21,598 nt of DNA from Candidatus Iainarchaeum sp. (GCA_038736825.1 JAVYME010000022.1:1-21598); one strand, 5' to 3'; shown: positions 7,595 through 16,141, numbered from the stretch's first letter. Made by a program: numbers and translations. Notes: generated by a model not told the origin, from the letters alone.

Positions 7595-8433
7595 CTTGTG
7601 CTGGCAATAACTTCAGACAAGAGTTTTGCGGCAAGGCTTGCAGTCATGCCGGAACGGTCTGCTTGTGGATTCAAGTCCACTATGTCAAAGCCCAGAATGC
7701 CTTTTGCGGCAATCATTTTTGCAAGTGCAATCGCTTGGTTTGGTGTCAAGCCGGCTGGCATTGGCTCTGAAACCCCGGGAGCAAAAGATGGGTCAATGCA
7801 GCCAATTCCAAGGCTCAAGTAAACCCTTTTGCCTGTCCTTCGCTTTATTTTTTGAAATGCCTTTTTAACGCCTGATTCTTCCACTTCAACTGCGGTTACC
7901 ACTGCAAGCTTTTTCTTTTTTGCAATTTCAATTTCTGTTTCCTTGAAAGCCCTGCAGCCAATGCAAGCGCTTCGCTCAAGCTTGAGTTGTTTTATGCAGG
8001 CAGCATCCCTTAAAAAGGAACCGTGCGGGGAACCGCTTGCTGAAACGAATCCAAGGCTGGAGTCAAAGTAAACAATTGAAAATGGCTTGCGGGTTGCAGC
8101 GATTCCTTTCAAAGCGTCAAGAGTGCAAAAGCGCCCGCCTCCAAGAAGCACTGGAATCTTTTTTTTTGTTGCAAGGCGTTCAACAAAGCCGGAAACCTCT
8201 CTTGCTTCAATATTGTATGCATCGAGAACCTTTTTGTTTATGGGCAAAACCTGTGGCTGAATTGCAAGGTTTTTTCCAGAAGCCTGCATATAAAGCCATT
8301 TTGCGGAAGCAGTCCTTATTTCGTTTGGCGCTTGGTCTGTGCCTGAATAAATAGTGCCCTCGTGTCCTAAAACTCCAAAAACAACTATTTCGGCAGCATC
8401 AAGCGAGTAACAGTTCTGCCAGGCAATCTTCAA
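7591..8433 (-). CDS. arginase/agmatinase (ureohydrolase)-fold protein with degenerate metal-binding site
   Basis: The sequence aligns clearly to agmatinase SpeB. LLGGGRF aligns to GGDH, VYFDSSLGF to HFDAHTD, YLSLGIGCIDPSFAPG to LTFDIDCLDPAFAPG, and FDIVDLNP to MDVVEVAP. The start is TTG at 8433, and no ATG lies nearby. Confidence 0.75.
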   Translation of the reverse strand: MKIAWQNCYSLDAAEIVVFGVLGHEGTIYSGTDQAPNEIRTASAKWLYMQASGKNLAIQPQVLPINKKVLDAYNIEAREVSGFVERLATKKKIPVLLGGGRFCTLDALKGIAATRKPFSIVYFDSSLGFVSASGSPHGSFLRDAACIKQLKLERSACIGCRAFKETEIEIAKKKKLAVVTAVEVEESGVKKAFQKIKRRTGKRVYLSLGIGCIDPSFAPGVSEPMPAGLTPNQAIALAKMIAAKGILGFDIVDLNPQADRSGMTASLAAKLLSEVIASTR

Positions 8434-8545
8434 AATTACACCAAAAAAAGAAAAAGAAAGCAGTATTTTTAAACCCTTTCTTGGTGGTTTGTATTTGATG
8501 CCGAAAAAAAAGCAGTCTTATTCCAGAAAGAATTTTCTGGCATCC

Positions 8546-9250
8546 ATGAAAAAAAAAGGAATTGAAGTCAAAATAATAGACCACCCGCTTATTCTTGAAG
8601 AGCTTTCAATGCTGAGAAACAAGGAAACAAAAAATTTTTATTTCAAGCAGGGTTTGCGCAGGATGGGTGAACTTTTAACCTATGAGCTTTTGCGCAATGC
8701 CAAAGTTAAAAGGAAAAGGATTAGCACTCCCCTTTGCACTACAACCGGTTACAAACTCCAAGACGGCTATGTAGTAATTCCAGTGCTCAGGGCTGGCTTG
8801 CCTATAGCCGAAGGCTTTGTGGCAATGATGAAAGATGCTGAAGAGGGCATTATTTCTTGCTGGAGAAAGCCAGACCTTAGCGTTGAAGTAGAGTATGCCA
8901 AAATCCCGCCAGTTCAAGGAAAACACGTAATAATAATAGACCCAATGCTTGCAACAGGGCACACGCTTTGCGCAGTAAGAGAGGTTTTAAAGCATTATGG
9001 AAAGCCAAAAACATGGACGATTCTTGCAGTAATTTCCACTGCTTATGGAATAAACGAGCTTTCCAAGTCTTTTCCGCGGGGAACAAAGGTTTACACTTGC
9101 GCTTTGGATGACAAAATTTCCGGCAAAAACTTCATTTCAATTGGCTTGAACAGTCACGGCTACATAGTGCCAGGCCTGGGTGACGCAGGCGACAGGATTT
9201 TTGGAACTCCAAAAAAGAAAAGAAAAATGGATTCCAAAAAGACAGTTTAA
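8546..9250 (+). CDS. upp: uracil phosphoribosyltransferase
   Basis: Motifs present: HPLILEELSMLRNKET, VIPVLRAGL, PRPP loop VIIIDPMLATGHT and GYIVPGLGDAGDRIFGT. I chose the ATG at 8546 (MKKKGIEVKIIDHPL) because of its usual short distance to HPL. Alternative starts are ATG 8498 and TTG 8489. Confidence 0.9.
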   Translation: MKKKGIEVKIIDHPLILEELSMLRNKETKNFYFKQGLRRMGELLTYELLRNAKVKRKRISTPLCTTTGYKLQDGYVVIPVLRAGLPIAEGFVAMMKDAEEGIISCWRKPDLSVEVEYAKIPPVQGKHVIIIDPMLATGHTLCAVREVLKHYGKPKTWTILAVISTAYGINELSKSFPRGTKVYTCALDDKISGKNFISIGLNSHGYIVPGLGDAGDRIFGTPKKKRKMDSKKTV

Positions 9251-9286
9251 GAAAAAAAAAGGTTTTGCAATAACAGCAAGCCAGGG

Positions 9287-10153
9287 TTATTTCTTTTTTT
9301 TGGCTTTTTTTGCCTTAAAAGGCTTGGTTTTTTTGGCAAGAGGCTTTTTTGCTGGAATGGATTTTTTCAAGTCAGGGGTTTCTGAAACAAAGCTTTTTTG
9401 CTCTCGTGCTTTTTTTGGTTCAAATGAAGCCAAGCCGTTTTTTTCCATGAAAAGCTGGGTGAAAAGGTTTGCTCCAGAGGAGACAAAAACAAAAGAGACA
9501 AAACCAAAAAGCAAAAAATTGATTACTGGCAGGAAAAAAAAGAAAGCCAGAACTGAAAAGAGTATGTAAACGTACAAGTGAAAAAAAATCCAAAGCAAAA
9601 AATAGTCAAAGCTGAAAACCCCCTTGACAACCTCAAAATTGAACGCTTCAACAAGGCTTTCTTTTTTTACAAAGTTTACCAAGGCAAAAGGCAAAACATA
9701 ATAAAAAAACACGCCAACTAATGCAACAGGCAGGACAGAGTAAAGGTTTTCAAGGAAAAGAACAGCAAGCTTTTCACAAACCCCTATGAAAAGATTGAAA
9801 AGAACAAATGGGTTAAAGCCAATTTGGGCAAGCCATAAAAGGCCGGTTCCAGGATTATAAAACATTTGACCCACTCTTGCCAGAAGAGGGGACAAAAAAA
9901 AGATTGAAACAAAGGCAACTGGCAAAAAATATGCCAGAATTATTGCAAAGGCGCAAATTGTCGTTGAGGTTATGCCCTCCATTTGCCACCAGCCAAGCGG
10001 TTTGCGCCTTTTACTTAAAAGCCTTTCAGACTCCAAAAGCCCAAAGCCAAGCAAAAAAATGTTGACTCCGGGCAAAGCACCAATTGCTGTGCCGAGAACC
10101 AAAGCCTTTCTGTCTGCAAAAGGCCTTTTGATTGCCTCAAAAAAATTCGCCAT
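9287..10153 (-). CDS. polytopic membrane protein with Lys-rich C-terminal tail (possibly DUF4013-like)
   Basis: 288-aa ORF with an ATG start. It has about 6-7 hydrophobic helices. The N-terminus FEAIKRPFADRKALVLG resembles the start of DUF4013 proteins, but that is a weak recollection. The tail is KKPLAKKTKPFKAKKAKKKK. Confidence 0.62.
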   Translation of the reverse strand: MANFFEAIKRPFADRKALVLGTAIGALPGVNIFLLGFGLLESERLLSKRRKPLGWWQMEGITSTTICAFAIILAYFLPVAFVSIFFLSPLLARVGQMFYNPGTGLLWLAQIGFNPFVLFNLFIGVCEKLAVLFLENLYSVLPVALVGVFFYYVLPFALVNFVKKESLVEAFNFEVVKGVFSFDYFLLWIFFHLYVYILFSVLAFFFFLPVINFLLFGFVSFVFVSSGANLFTQLFMEKNGLASFEPKKAREQKSFVSETPDLKKSIPAKKPLAKKTKPFKAKKAKKKK

Positions 10154-10344
10154 ACAACAACCGAAAGAATTACAACGCCGAACTTAAAAAAAGTATCGTT
10201 AAAAAAAAATTGCAAAAAAGCAGCATCATTTGAAAATTTTTGTTTTAATAGAACAATTAATAAACTTTAAAATACTTTTCAAAAAAACAATATATAATCT
10301 GGTTAAGTTAAAAAATTAAATTATTGCATGCTGGTGGTGTTAAT

Positions 10345-11637
10345 ATGAACCAAAAGAAACCAATTTTGTTATTCATCTTCCTTTGTGCTTTTCTCTCAAT
10401 GCCAATAATTTCCATGGCACAAACACAAAAACCGTGCACTTGGGATTCTGACTGCAAAAGCCTTGACAGGATTGTCAAGCTTGACAAAAACATTTGCATT
10501 GGAAATATTAAAATTTACAGGCCAGACTATCGCTTATTCGAGGCAAACGGCGCTCCATGGCTAATACCAGTTTTAGTGGGCAAAAATTATACAGATTACA
10601 TTCAAACAGGCTACAAAGTAGAACACAAGTGCGGAAAAAACGGTTTTTGCGAAGTTGCAAGAACAGACTCTTATGCTGATGGAGCAAATGAATCTTGCAA
10701 GTGGGGGTGCCTTGTGACACCAATAGAATACAAGGGAAAAACACACTCTGATTTTTGTGTTTGCATGGGCGGCCTCTTGCCAGGCAAACCCTTCTGTGAT
10801 TACAGCAGGGGAAACGATGTATACAACAGGTTTGCAGAATGGACTTGCGAAGTGGAAATCAAGACAACCATGTTATGCGGATACGGCAGCAAATGCGCTG
10901 TCCGCCCAGAAGGCGTTGGCTGCTGGCCAATTGAATCCCCAACAAGCCAGGGCTCACAAACCACACAATACGCTCTTTTAATTCAAGACATGTCCAAGCC
11001 AGTTTACGTGGCAACAATAAAAGACGGCACAATAACCTCAAAAGCACCCATAAGCTCAACTAGTGCCCTTGAATACATAAACAAATTCGGCCCCATAAGC
11101 TCTGCAAGCGCTCCCACATTTGCCCAACAAACAGGCCTGGCAAGCGCAAACAATCCAAGCATTCCAATAAACAAAAACACTAATGCTACCACTTATTCAA
11201 AAACAAGCAATTCACCAATTAGTGCAAGCAAAATTTCAACCACCACTAATCCGAGTTCAATCATTGCAACAACAAATTACAAAACCACAACACAGCCCAT
11301 TTATTCAACCATTGTTAAAGGTTTTTCGCAACCCGCAAGCCAGCCAGCCAATTATTCAACCTATAGAAGCAAAAACACTGCAAGCACTTCCGCTCACAAA
11401 AATAATTCTAATCCTGTCTCGCCAGCCACTCAAAGCACAGCTCTACAAAATTACAAGGCAGGCAACACCCTAACTTCAAGCAACTACAACAGCACAAGAA
11501 ATTATTACAATAACAACGCTTACAGTACTGGCTTGCAGGCAAACAGTTCCACAAGCAGGTACAGGAATTATTCAACCTATTCAACGTCCAACCCAAACAC
11601 GCAAACAAAATACTATTATTCTGTGCGCTCAAGCTAA
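10345..11637 (+). CDS. secreted Cys-rich protein with long N/S/T/Y-rich low-complexity C-terminal region
   Basis: The track ORF starts at a TTG (10324). The ATG at 10345 is preceded by GGTGGTG and gives the signal peptide MNQKKPILLFIFLCAFLSMPIISMA. The first ~190 mature residues contain 14 Cys. The remaining ~230 aa are low-complexity, and there is no TM anchor. Confidence 0.7.
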   Translation: MNQKKPILLFIFLCAFLSMPIISMAQTQKPCTWDSDCKSLDRIVKLDKNICIGNIKIYRPDYRLFEANGAPWLIPVLVGKNYTDYIQTGYKVEHKCGKNGFCEVARTDSYADGANESCKWGCLVTPIEYKGKTHSDFCVCMGGLLPGKPFCDYSRGNDVYNRFAEWTCEVEIKTTMLCGYGSKCAVRPEGVGCWPIESPTSQGSQTTQYALLIQDMSKPVYVATIKDGTITSKAPISSTSALEYINKFGPISSASAPTFAQQTGLASANNPSIPINKNTNATTYSKTSNSPISASKISTTTNPSSIIATTNYKTTTQPIYSTIVKGFSQPASQPANYSTYRSKNTASTSAHKNNSNPVSPATQSTALQNYKAGNTLTSSNYNSTRNYYNNNAYSTGLQANSSTSRYRNYSTYSTSNPNTQTKYYYSVRSS

Positions 11638-11663
11638 CACAAAAAAACTGCCTTTTGGTCTAA

Positions 11664-11695
11664 TTTGCAAAAAGCCTTAGGAAACTTTTTGCAAA
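11664..11695. terminator. hairpin between convergent genes (candidate terminator/RNA-end structure)
   Basis: TTTGCAAAAAG (11664-11674) and CTTTTTGCAAA (11685-11695) are perfect 11-bp inverted arms around a 10-nt loop. They lie between the stop codons at 11637 (+) and 11718 (-). No clear T-run follows on either strand, so the function is uncertain. Confidence 0.35.
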
Positions 11696-11717
11696 AAAAA
11701 AAGACAAGAGAAAAAGT

Positions 11718-12911
11718 TTAACAATAATTTTTTTTAATGAAGCCCTCTAAAAGGTCAAAAGCAGTGCCAAGAATTTCCACGCTTGGAAGCGCCACAATCC
11801 TGAAATGATGTGTTCCCTTTTTTTGGCCAAACCCTTCTCCGAAAACAACGCAAACACCGGTTTCCCTCAACAAGTCAATAACAAAATCCCTGTCACTTTT
11901 TATTTTCAATTCAATTCTTGGAAAAGCATAAAAGGATGCTTCCGGTTCAACACAAGAAATGCCTTCAATTTCATTCAATCTCTTGTGGGAAAACTTTTGC
12001 CTTTCCCTTATTTTCCTCAAGTTTTCCTCAAGGAAATCCATTGGTCCTTCCAGTGCCGCTTTTACTGCAAACTGGAAGGGATGCACTGCACAAAGCCTTG
12101 CCCTTCCAAGCCTGAAAATAGCCTCCATTATGTCAGAGTTTTCCGCCAAATAATTGTTTGCAGCAATCCAGCCAACCCTAAAACCTGTTGCAAAAAAATT
12201 CTTGCTCAAGCCATTCATTGAAAGAACAGGCAAATCCCTTGCCACTGAACCCATTGGAGTGTGCTTTTTATCGTTAAGCAATTGCTTGTCATAGATTTCA
12301 TCCGAAAGAATGACAAGGTTGTACTCGCTCGCAATATCCGCTATCTCTTCAAGGGTTTTCCTAGAATAATTTGAACCACAAGGATTGTTGGGGTTTACAA
12401 TTGAAATGGCTTTGGTTTTCTTGGTTATCGCCTTTTTCATTCCTTCAATGTCAGGCTCCCAATTGTTTTCCTCATCCAAGTCATAAAAAATAGGCTTAAT
12501 GTAAAGATAATCGCAGGCTGAAACATACAATGGATAAGTCGGTCTTGGCAACAAAACGCTTTCACCAGGATCCGCAATAGCCCCCATTGCAAACCAAATC
12601 AGCTCAGAAAGACCATTGCCAAGCATTACATTATTAGAAACAACCTCAACCCCGTTTTTCTTGTACTCTGCAGCAATAGCCTCTCTTGCCTCAAGAATGC
12701 CCTCAGAAGGACCATAGCATTCTCCTTCACGCTTGTGCGCTTCAACCGCATCCCACAAATGCTTTGGAGTCCTGAAATCATACGCAAGCGGGTCACCAAT
12801 ATTCAAATAATATATTCTTTTGCCTTGCTCTGCAACCCTTCTTGCCTCCAAAACAATGTCCCTTATAGGGTATTGAACCGAAGCAGACCTCTTTGAAGCA
12901 ACATATTTCAT
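11718..12911 (-). CDS. class I/II PLP-dependent aminotransferase (aspartate/alanine aminotransferase-like)
   Basis: Motifs present: NPNNPCGSNYS, ILSDEIYDKQL, and the PLP-lysine motif SMNGLSKNFFATGFRVGW. The length is 397 aa and the start is ATG. Confidence 0.9.
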   Translation of the reverse strand: MKYVASKRSASVQYPIRDIVLEARRVAEQGKRIYYLNIGDPLAYDFRTPKHLWDAVEAHKREGECYGPSEGILEAREAIAAEYKKNGVEVVSNNVMLGNGLSELIWFAMGAIADPGESVLLPRPTYPLYVSACDYLYIKPIFYDLDEENNWEPDIEGMKKAITKKTKAISIVNPNNPCGSNYSRKTLEEIADIASEYNLVILSDEIYDKQLLNDKKHTPMGSVARDLPVLSMNGLSKNFFATGFRVGWIAANNYLAENSDIMEAIFRLGRARLCAVHPFQFAVKAALEGPMDFLEENLRKIRERQKFSHKRLNEIEGISCVEPEASFYAFPRIELKIKSDRDFVIDLLRETGVCVVFGEGFGQKKGTHHFRIVALPSVEILGTAFDLLEGFIKKNYC

Positions 12912-13087
12912 CCAATCTCACCCTGCAATTAAAGGTTAATTTGTAAATGCAAAGGACTTAAAAAAGTGAGCGAAAAACACAAACCCCGCCTTTTTTTACA
13001 AAAAAGCGCCATTTATAAGAGTATCACTGCAAAAAATATTAAGTTTGCCTGCAAAGGCAAGCAATAAAACAAAGGTGAAAAAGTAAA

Positions 13088-13252
13088 ATGGGAGAAGACA
13101 AATTCGGCAGGAAACTGTTCAAAGTGACTTGCACCGAGTGCGGACAGGAAACTGAAGTCCCGTTCGAACCCGATGGCACAAGGCCAGTTTACTGCAGAGA
13201 TTGCTATATGAAGCACAAAAAGCCCTTCAGGGGCGGCCCAAGAAGGGAATAA
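13088..13252 (+). CDS. small CxxC-x17-CxxC zinc-ribbon protein (54 aa)
   Basis: The gene is below the track's size cutoff. ATG at 13088 to TAA at 13250-13252 encodes MGEDKFGRKLFKVTCTECGQETEVPFEPDGTRPVYCRDCYMKHKKPFRGGPRRE. AGGTGA lies about 10 nt upstream. The pattern C-x2-C-x17-C-x2-C with VPF.P...RPVYC..C matches the CxxC-x17-CxxC domain family known from archaea. Track ORF 13013..13216(-) is its antisense shadow. Confidence 0.7.
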   Translation: MGEDKFGRKLFKVTCTECGQETEVPFEPDGTRPVYCRDCYMKHKKPFRGGPRRE

Positions 13253-13272
13253 ACTAGTTCTGTAAAATTAGT

Positions 13273-13449
13273 TTAACCAATTCTTGTAAAAAAAAATTCT
13301 GATTTTTTTCTTTTTTTTAATTTTATTGCACCACCGAGCGAAAGCCATGCCTTTGTGCGAAAAATCATTTCCTTAAAGAGCCTGAAAAACGCCAAGCCCA
13401 AAGCAAAACCAAGAATAATGAAATTGCCTAGTTCGTCAGCTTTAAGCAT
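13273..13449 (-). CDS. hypothetical small membrane protein (58 aa)
   Basis: The track ORF starts at a TTG (13482). The ATG at 13449 gives MLKADELGNFIILGFALGLAFFRLF..., one TM helix plus a KKRKK tail. I recognise no homology, and it may be non-coding. Confidence 0.3.
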   Translation of the reverse strand: MLKADELGNFIILGFALGLAFFRLFKEMIFRTKAWLSLGGAIKLKKRKKSEFFFTRIG

Positions 13450-13541
13450 TTCAATTGAAGAAACCACTTTAACTAAATGCAATAATTCTCAAGAAAAAGC
13501 AAAAAAAAAGCTTTAAGGCTTAATGCCACACTTTATCCTGC

Positions 13542-14771
13542 ATGCTTTCAGTTTTTGTACTCGCAGTGGTTTTTTTCCTGATTGCTGTCAGGAGAATAGG
13601 AAAATTCAGCATAAAAATATGGCAGGCAATGCTTTTAGGTGCAATTGCAGTGCTCGCAACAGGACAGATTTCAATCCTGTCTGCAGTAAATGCAATCAAC
13701 CTAGATGTTATTTTTTTCCTTTTTGGAATGTTTGTTGTGGGCGCAGCACTTGAAGAAAGCGGTTATCTTTCCCACTTGGAATACAAGTTTTTCAAGAGAG
13801 CAAAAAACTTAGACGAGCTGGTTTTCGGGGTTATATTTGTTGCCGGGTTTTCCTCAGCAATCCTAATGAATGATACTCTGGCGGTAATTGGAACACCGGT
13901 TGTGCTTTTGCTTGCAAGAAACCATTGTTTTTCTCCAAAAGCGCTTTTGCTTGCGTTGGCGTTTGGAGTGACAATTGGCAGTTTAATGAGTCCAATAGGC
14001 AATCCACAAAACCTTCTAATAGCATTAAAGGGCAAAATGAGCGATCCTTTTATTGATTTTTTCAGCGTGCTTTTTGTCCCAACAATGTTGAACCTCGTTA
14101 TAGCATTCCTTGTGCTAAAATTTTTTTACAGGGAAGAATTCCATTGCATTCCCTTAAAGCACTCGCAAGAGCCAGTTAGAGACCACCAACTTGCTGTTAT
14201 TTCAAAAGCCTCTCTTTTGCTTTTGATTGCACTGGTTTTCCTTAAAATATTGCTTGTTTTTTCACACTCAGGCATTGATTTCAGCCTTACCTATATTGCT
14301 CTCGGTGCAGCCATGCCAGTCCTATTATTCAGCAAAAAAAGACACCTCATAATTAAAAAAATAGATTGGGCAACCCTTGTTTTTTTTGCAGCAATGTTTG
14401 TGCTCATGCAAAGCGTTTGGGACAGCGGGTTTTTCCAGCAGTTTTTGAAAGAAAACAGCATTTCCTCCATTCCCATGATTTTGGTTTCCAGTGTTATTTT
14501 AAGCCAGCTGATTTCAAACGTGCCATTGGTGGCATTGTATCTTCCACTCCTGGTTCAAGCCGGCGCTTCACAAAAGGCAATGCTTGCACTGGCAGCTGGC
14601 AGCACTATTGCCGGCAACATGCTGATTTTAGGCGCTGCAAGCAATGTCATAATAATTCAAAACGCTGAAAAAAAAGGTTACACTATCTCGTTCTGGGAAT
14701 TCTCAAGAATCGGCATTCCCTTGACAATAATCAACATTGCAATTTACTGGTTTTTTCTTTCAATGGCTTAA
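13542..14771 (+). CDS. ArsB/NhaD-superfamily (CitMHS-like) anion permease
   Basis: 409 aa with about 10-11 TM helices. The family-typical N-terminus is LIAVRRIGKFSIKIWQAMLLGAIAVLATGQIS...LDVIFFLFGMFVVGAALEESG, and later segments are GSLMSPIGNPQNLLIA and AAGSTIAGNMLILGAASNVII. Confidence 0.8.
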   Translation: MLSVFVLAVVFFLIAVRRIGKFSIKIWQAMLLGAIAVLATGQISILSAVNAINLDVIFFLFGMFVVGAALEESGYLSHLEYKFFKRAKNLDELVFGVIFVAGFSSAILMNDTLAVIGTPVVLLLARNHCFSPKALLLALAFGVTIGSLMSPIGNPQNLLIALKGKMSDPFIDFFSVLFVPTMLNLVIAFLVLKFFYREEFHCIPLKHSQEPVRDHQLAVISKASLLLLIALVFLKILLVFSHSGIDFSLTYIALGAAMPVLLFSKKRHLIIKKIDWATLVFFAAMFVLMQSVWDSGFFQQFLKENSISSIPMILVSSVILSQLISNVPLVALYLPLLVQAGASQKAMLALAAGSTIAGNMLILGAASNVIIIQNAEKKGYTISFWEFSRIGIPLTIINIAIYWFFLSMA

Positions 14772-14776
14772 AAGAG

Positions 14777-16066
14777 CTAAATTTCCCTCAAATAACCCCA
14801 GTTATGCAATTTGTCGCTGTCCTCAAACCACCTGTCACCAATGTCTTTTCGGTAATACATGTCTGGAATGATTATGTTCTTTATTCTGCTATACGCTTGT
14901 TTTTGCGCATCCCTCATGGTTTGCCCTGTCCCACAAATAATAAGCACAACACCAGAAGTTCCCGTGACAAGCCATTCATCGTTTATTTTCTTTACATCCT
15001 CTATGTGCACGCCCTCACAAGGCTTTTTGAAAAAAATCACTGAATCCTTGGATCTCACTTCAAAGGTTTCTTTGTCCCTAAAAGGAAAAGGCGGCACAAC
15101 AATCCTAACACCAATCTGGAAACCGCTCCTCACCCGGAATTTGGTGCCGTTTCCGTGGGCAAGCTCGTACAAAAACTCGCTTATTGGTTGCAGCATTGCC
15201 TCTTGCTGAATGCAAATCGTAGGATACCCAAACCTGGCAGTGAACTCTAAAGGGTAAATGCCATAATTGTTGACAATGCAATTAATGTCTATATAGCCAA
15301 CATATCCCTCTTCCGCCAGCTTTAGCTCCATTTTTTTCAAGGTTTGATTGAACAAACGGTTCGGCCCAGACCAAAACATTGAAGTACCCATCTCGCCAGT
15401 AGAAGGACCCAAATCTCCAGGAAAAAGTTTTTTATGCTCAAAATTCACATTAATTGGATAAATAAAGTGTTTGCCATTAAAAAAAGCTCCAACTGCAACT
15501 TCAACTCCAGAAACCCTTTTCTGCAACTGGAAATAAGGAATCTTTTTAGACCAAGCCTTTCCATAATCACTTAAAACCTGAATCACATCCTTGCCGTCAT
15601 CCTCTTCGCCAACAAACAACAAACCCTTAATGTTTCCAGCCTGACCACTAGGCTTTATAACATACTTGCCAGGGTTTTGTTGAACAAAAGCAATTGCTTC
15701 ATCAAAAGAATGAAAATCCTTGTAAGGCAGAATCGGAATGCCAGCATTTTTCATTTCCTCTTGACCAAAAGCTCGATCATCCTCCAACTTGTCAGTATAG
15801 GGCGTGCCGCCAACAACCGCTTTGCCCTCCTCGCGAAGCTTTTTTGCCTTAACCCCAAACCCCAAAACATCATCAAAAACCACAACGTCAGCCCAAGCAA
15901 CCTCTTTCTGCCAGTCATCACATTTTGGGACAAAGCCATCAGCAACCTCGCGCTCATCCTTGTCATCAATATAATATTTTACATTGTGACCTTCCTTGAC
16001 ACACTGCCAAGCAATATCCCCAATGAGCGCATCCCATGAAACAAAAAGAAAATTTTTCGGATCCAT
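14777..16066 (-). CDS. PurD-like (phosphoribosylamine-glycine ligase family) ATP-grasp enzyme, divergent
   Basis: HKKLFPGDLGPSTGEMG aligns to PurD HKRVGDKDTGPNTGGMG. EFTARFGYPT aligns to EFNCRFGDPE. GTGQTMRDAQKQAYSRI...YRKDIG aligns to GHTVAEAQKRAY...CRKDIG. I prefer the ATG at 16066 over the TTG at 16084. Confidence 0.65.
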   Translation of the reverse strand: MDPKNFLFVSWDALIGDIAWQCVKEGHNVKYYIDDKDEREVADGFVPKCDDWQKEVAWADVVVFDDVLGFGVKAKKLREEGKAVVGGTPYTDKLEDDRAFGQEEMKNAGIPILPYKDFHSFDEAIAFVQQNPGKYVIKPSGQAGNIKGLLFVGEEDDGKDVIQVLSDYGKAWSKKIPYFQLQKRVSGVEVAVGAFFNGKHFIYPINVNFEHKKLFPGDLGPSTGEMGTSMFWSGPNRLFNQTLKKMELKLAEEGYVGYIDINCIVNNYGIYPLEFTARFGYPTICIQQEAMLQPISEFLYELAHGNGTKFRVRSGFQIGVRIVVPPFPFRDKETFEVRSKDSVIFFKKPCEGVHIEDVKKINDEWLVTGTSGVVLIICGTGQTMRDAQKQAYSRIKNIIIPDMYYRKDIGDRWFEDSDKLHNWGYLREI

Positions 16067-16115
16067 AATCGTGTTCCTTATCAAAAAATGATGGTGTATT
16101 ATTAAAATTGTTTTG

Positions 16116-16141
16116 TTTTTTCAAAAAAATTTTTGAAAAAA
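16116..16141. promoter_or_regulatory. AT-only inverted repeat in the divergent purD-like/pyk promoter region
   Basis: TTTTTTCAAAAA (16116-16127), AA, TTTTTGAAAAAA (16130-16141) form perfect 12-bp arms. The sequence is low-complexity, so the significance is modest. Confidence 0.25.

Noticed and set aside
9251-9286. A/T homopolymer runs between convergent genes as a specific element
   Set aside because: Runs of 8-10 A or T occur throughout the window, both within and between genes. This is just the AT-rich background and possibly simple T-run terminators.
11183-11473. Possible tandem DNA repeats or a CRISPR-like array under the low-complexity C-terminus of the secreted protein
   Set aside because: The nucleotide sequence shows compositional bias (A/C-rich) but no regularly spaced identical repeats. 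It reads as one continuous ORF.
13150-13185. GTTCGAACC, resembling a tRNA T-loop
   Set aside because: The flanking bases do not form a T-stem or acceptor stem, and the site lies inside the zinc-ribbon CDS (VPFEPD). I found no tRNA-like cloverleaf anywhere in the window.
13013-13216. 67-aa minus-strand ORF in the track
   Set aside because: It lies antisense to the 54-aa CxxC-x17-CxxC gene, which has an SD, a recognisable family pattern and a clean start and stop.
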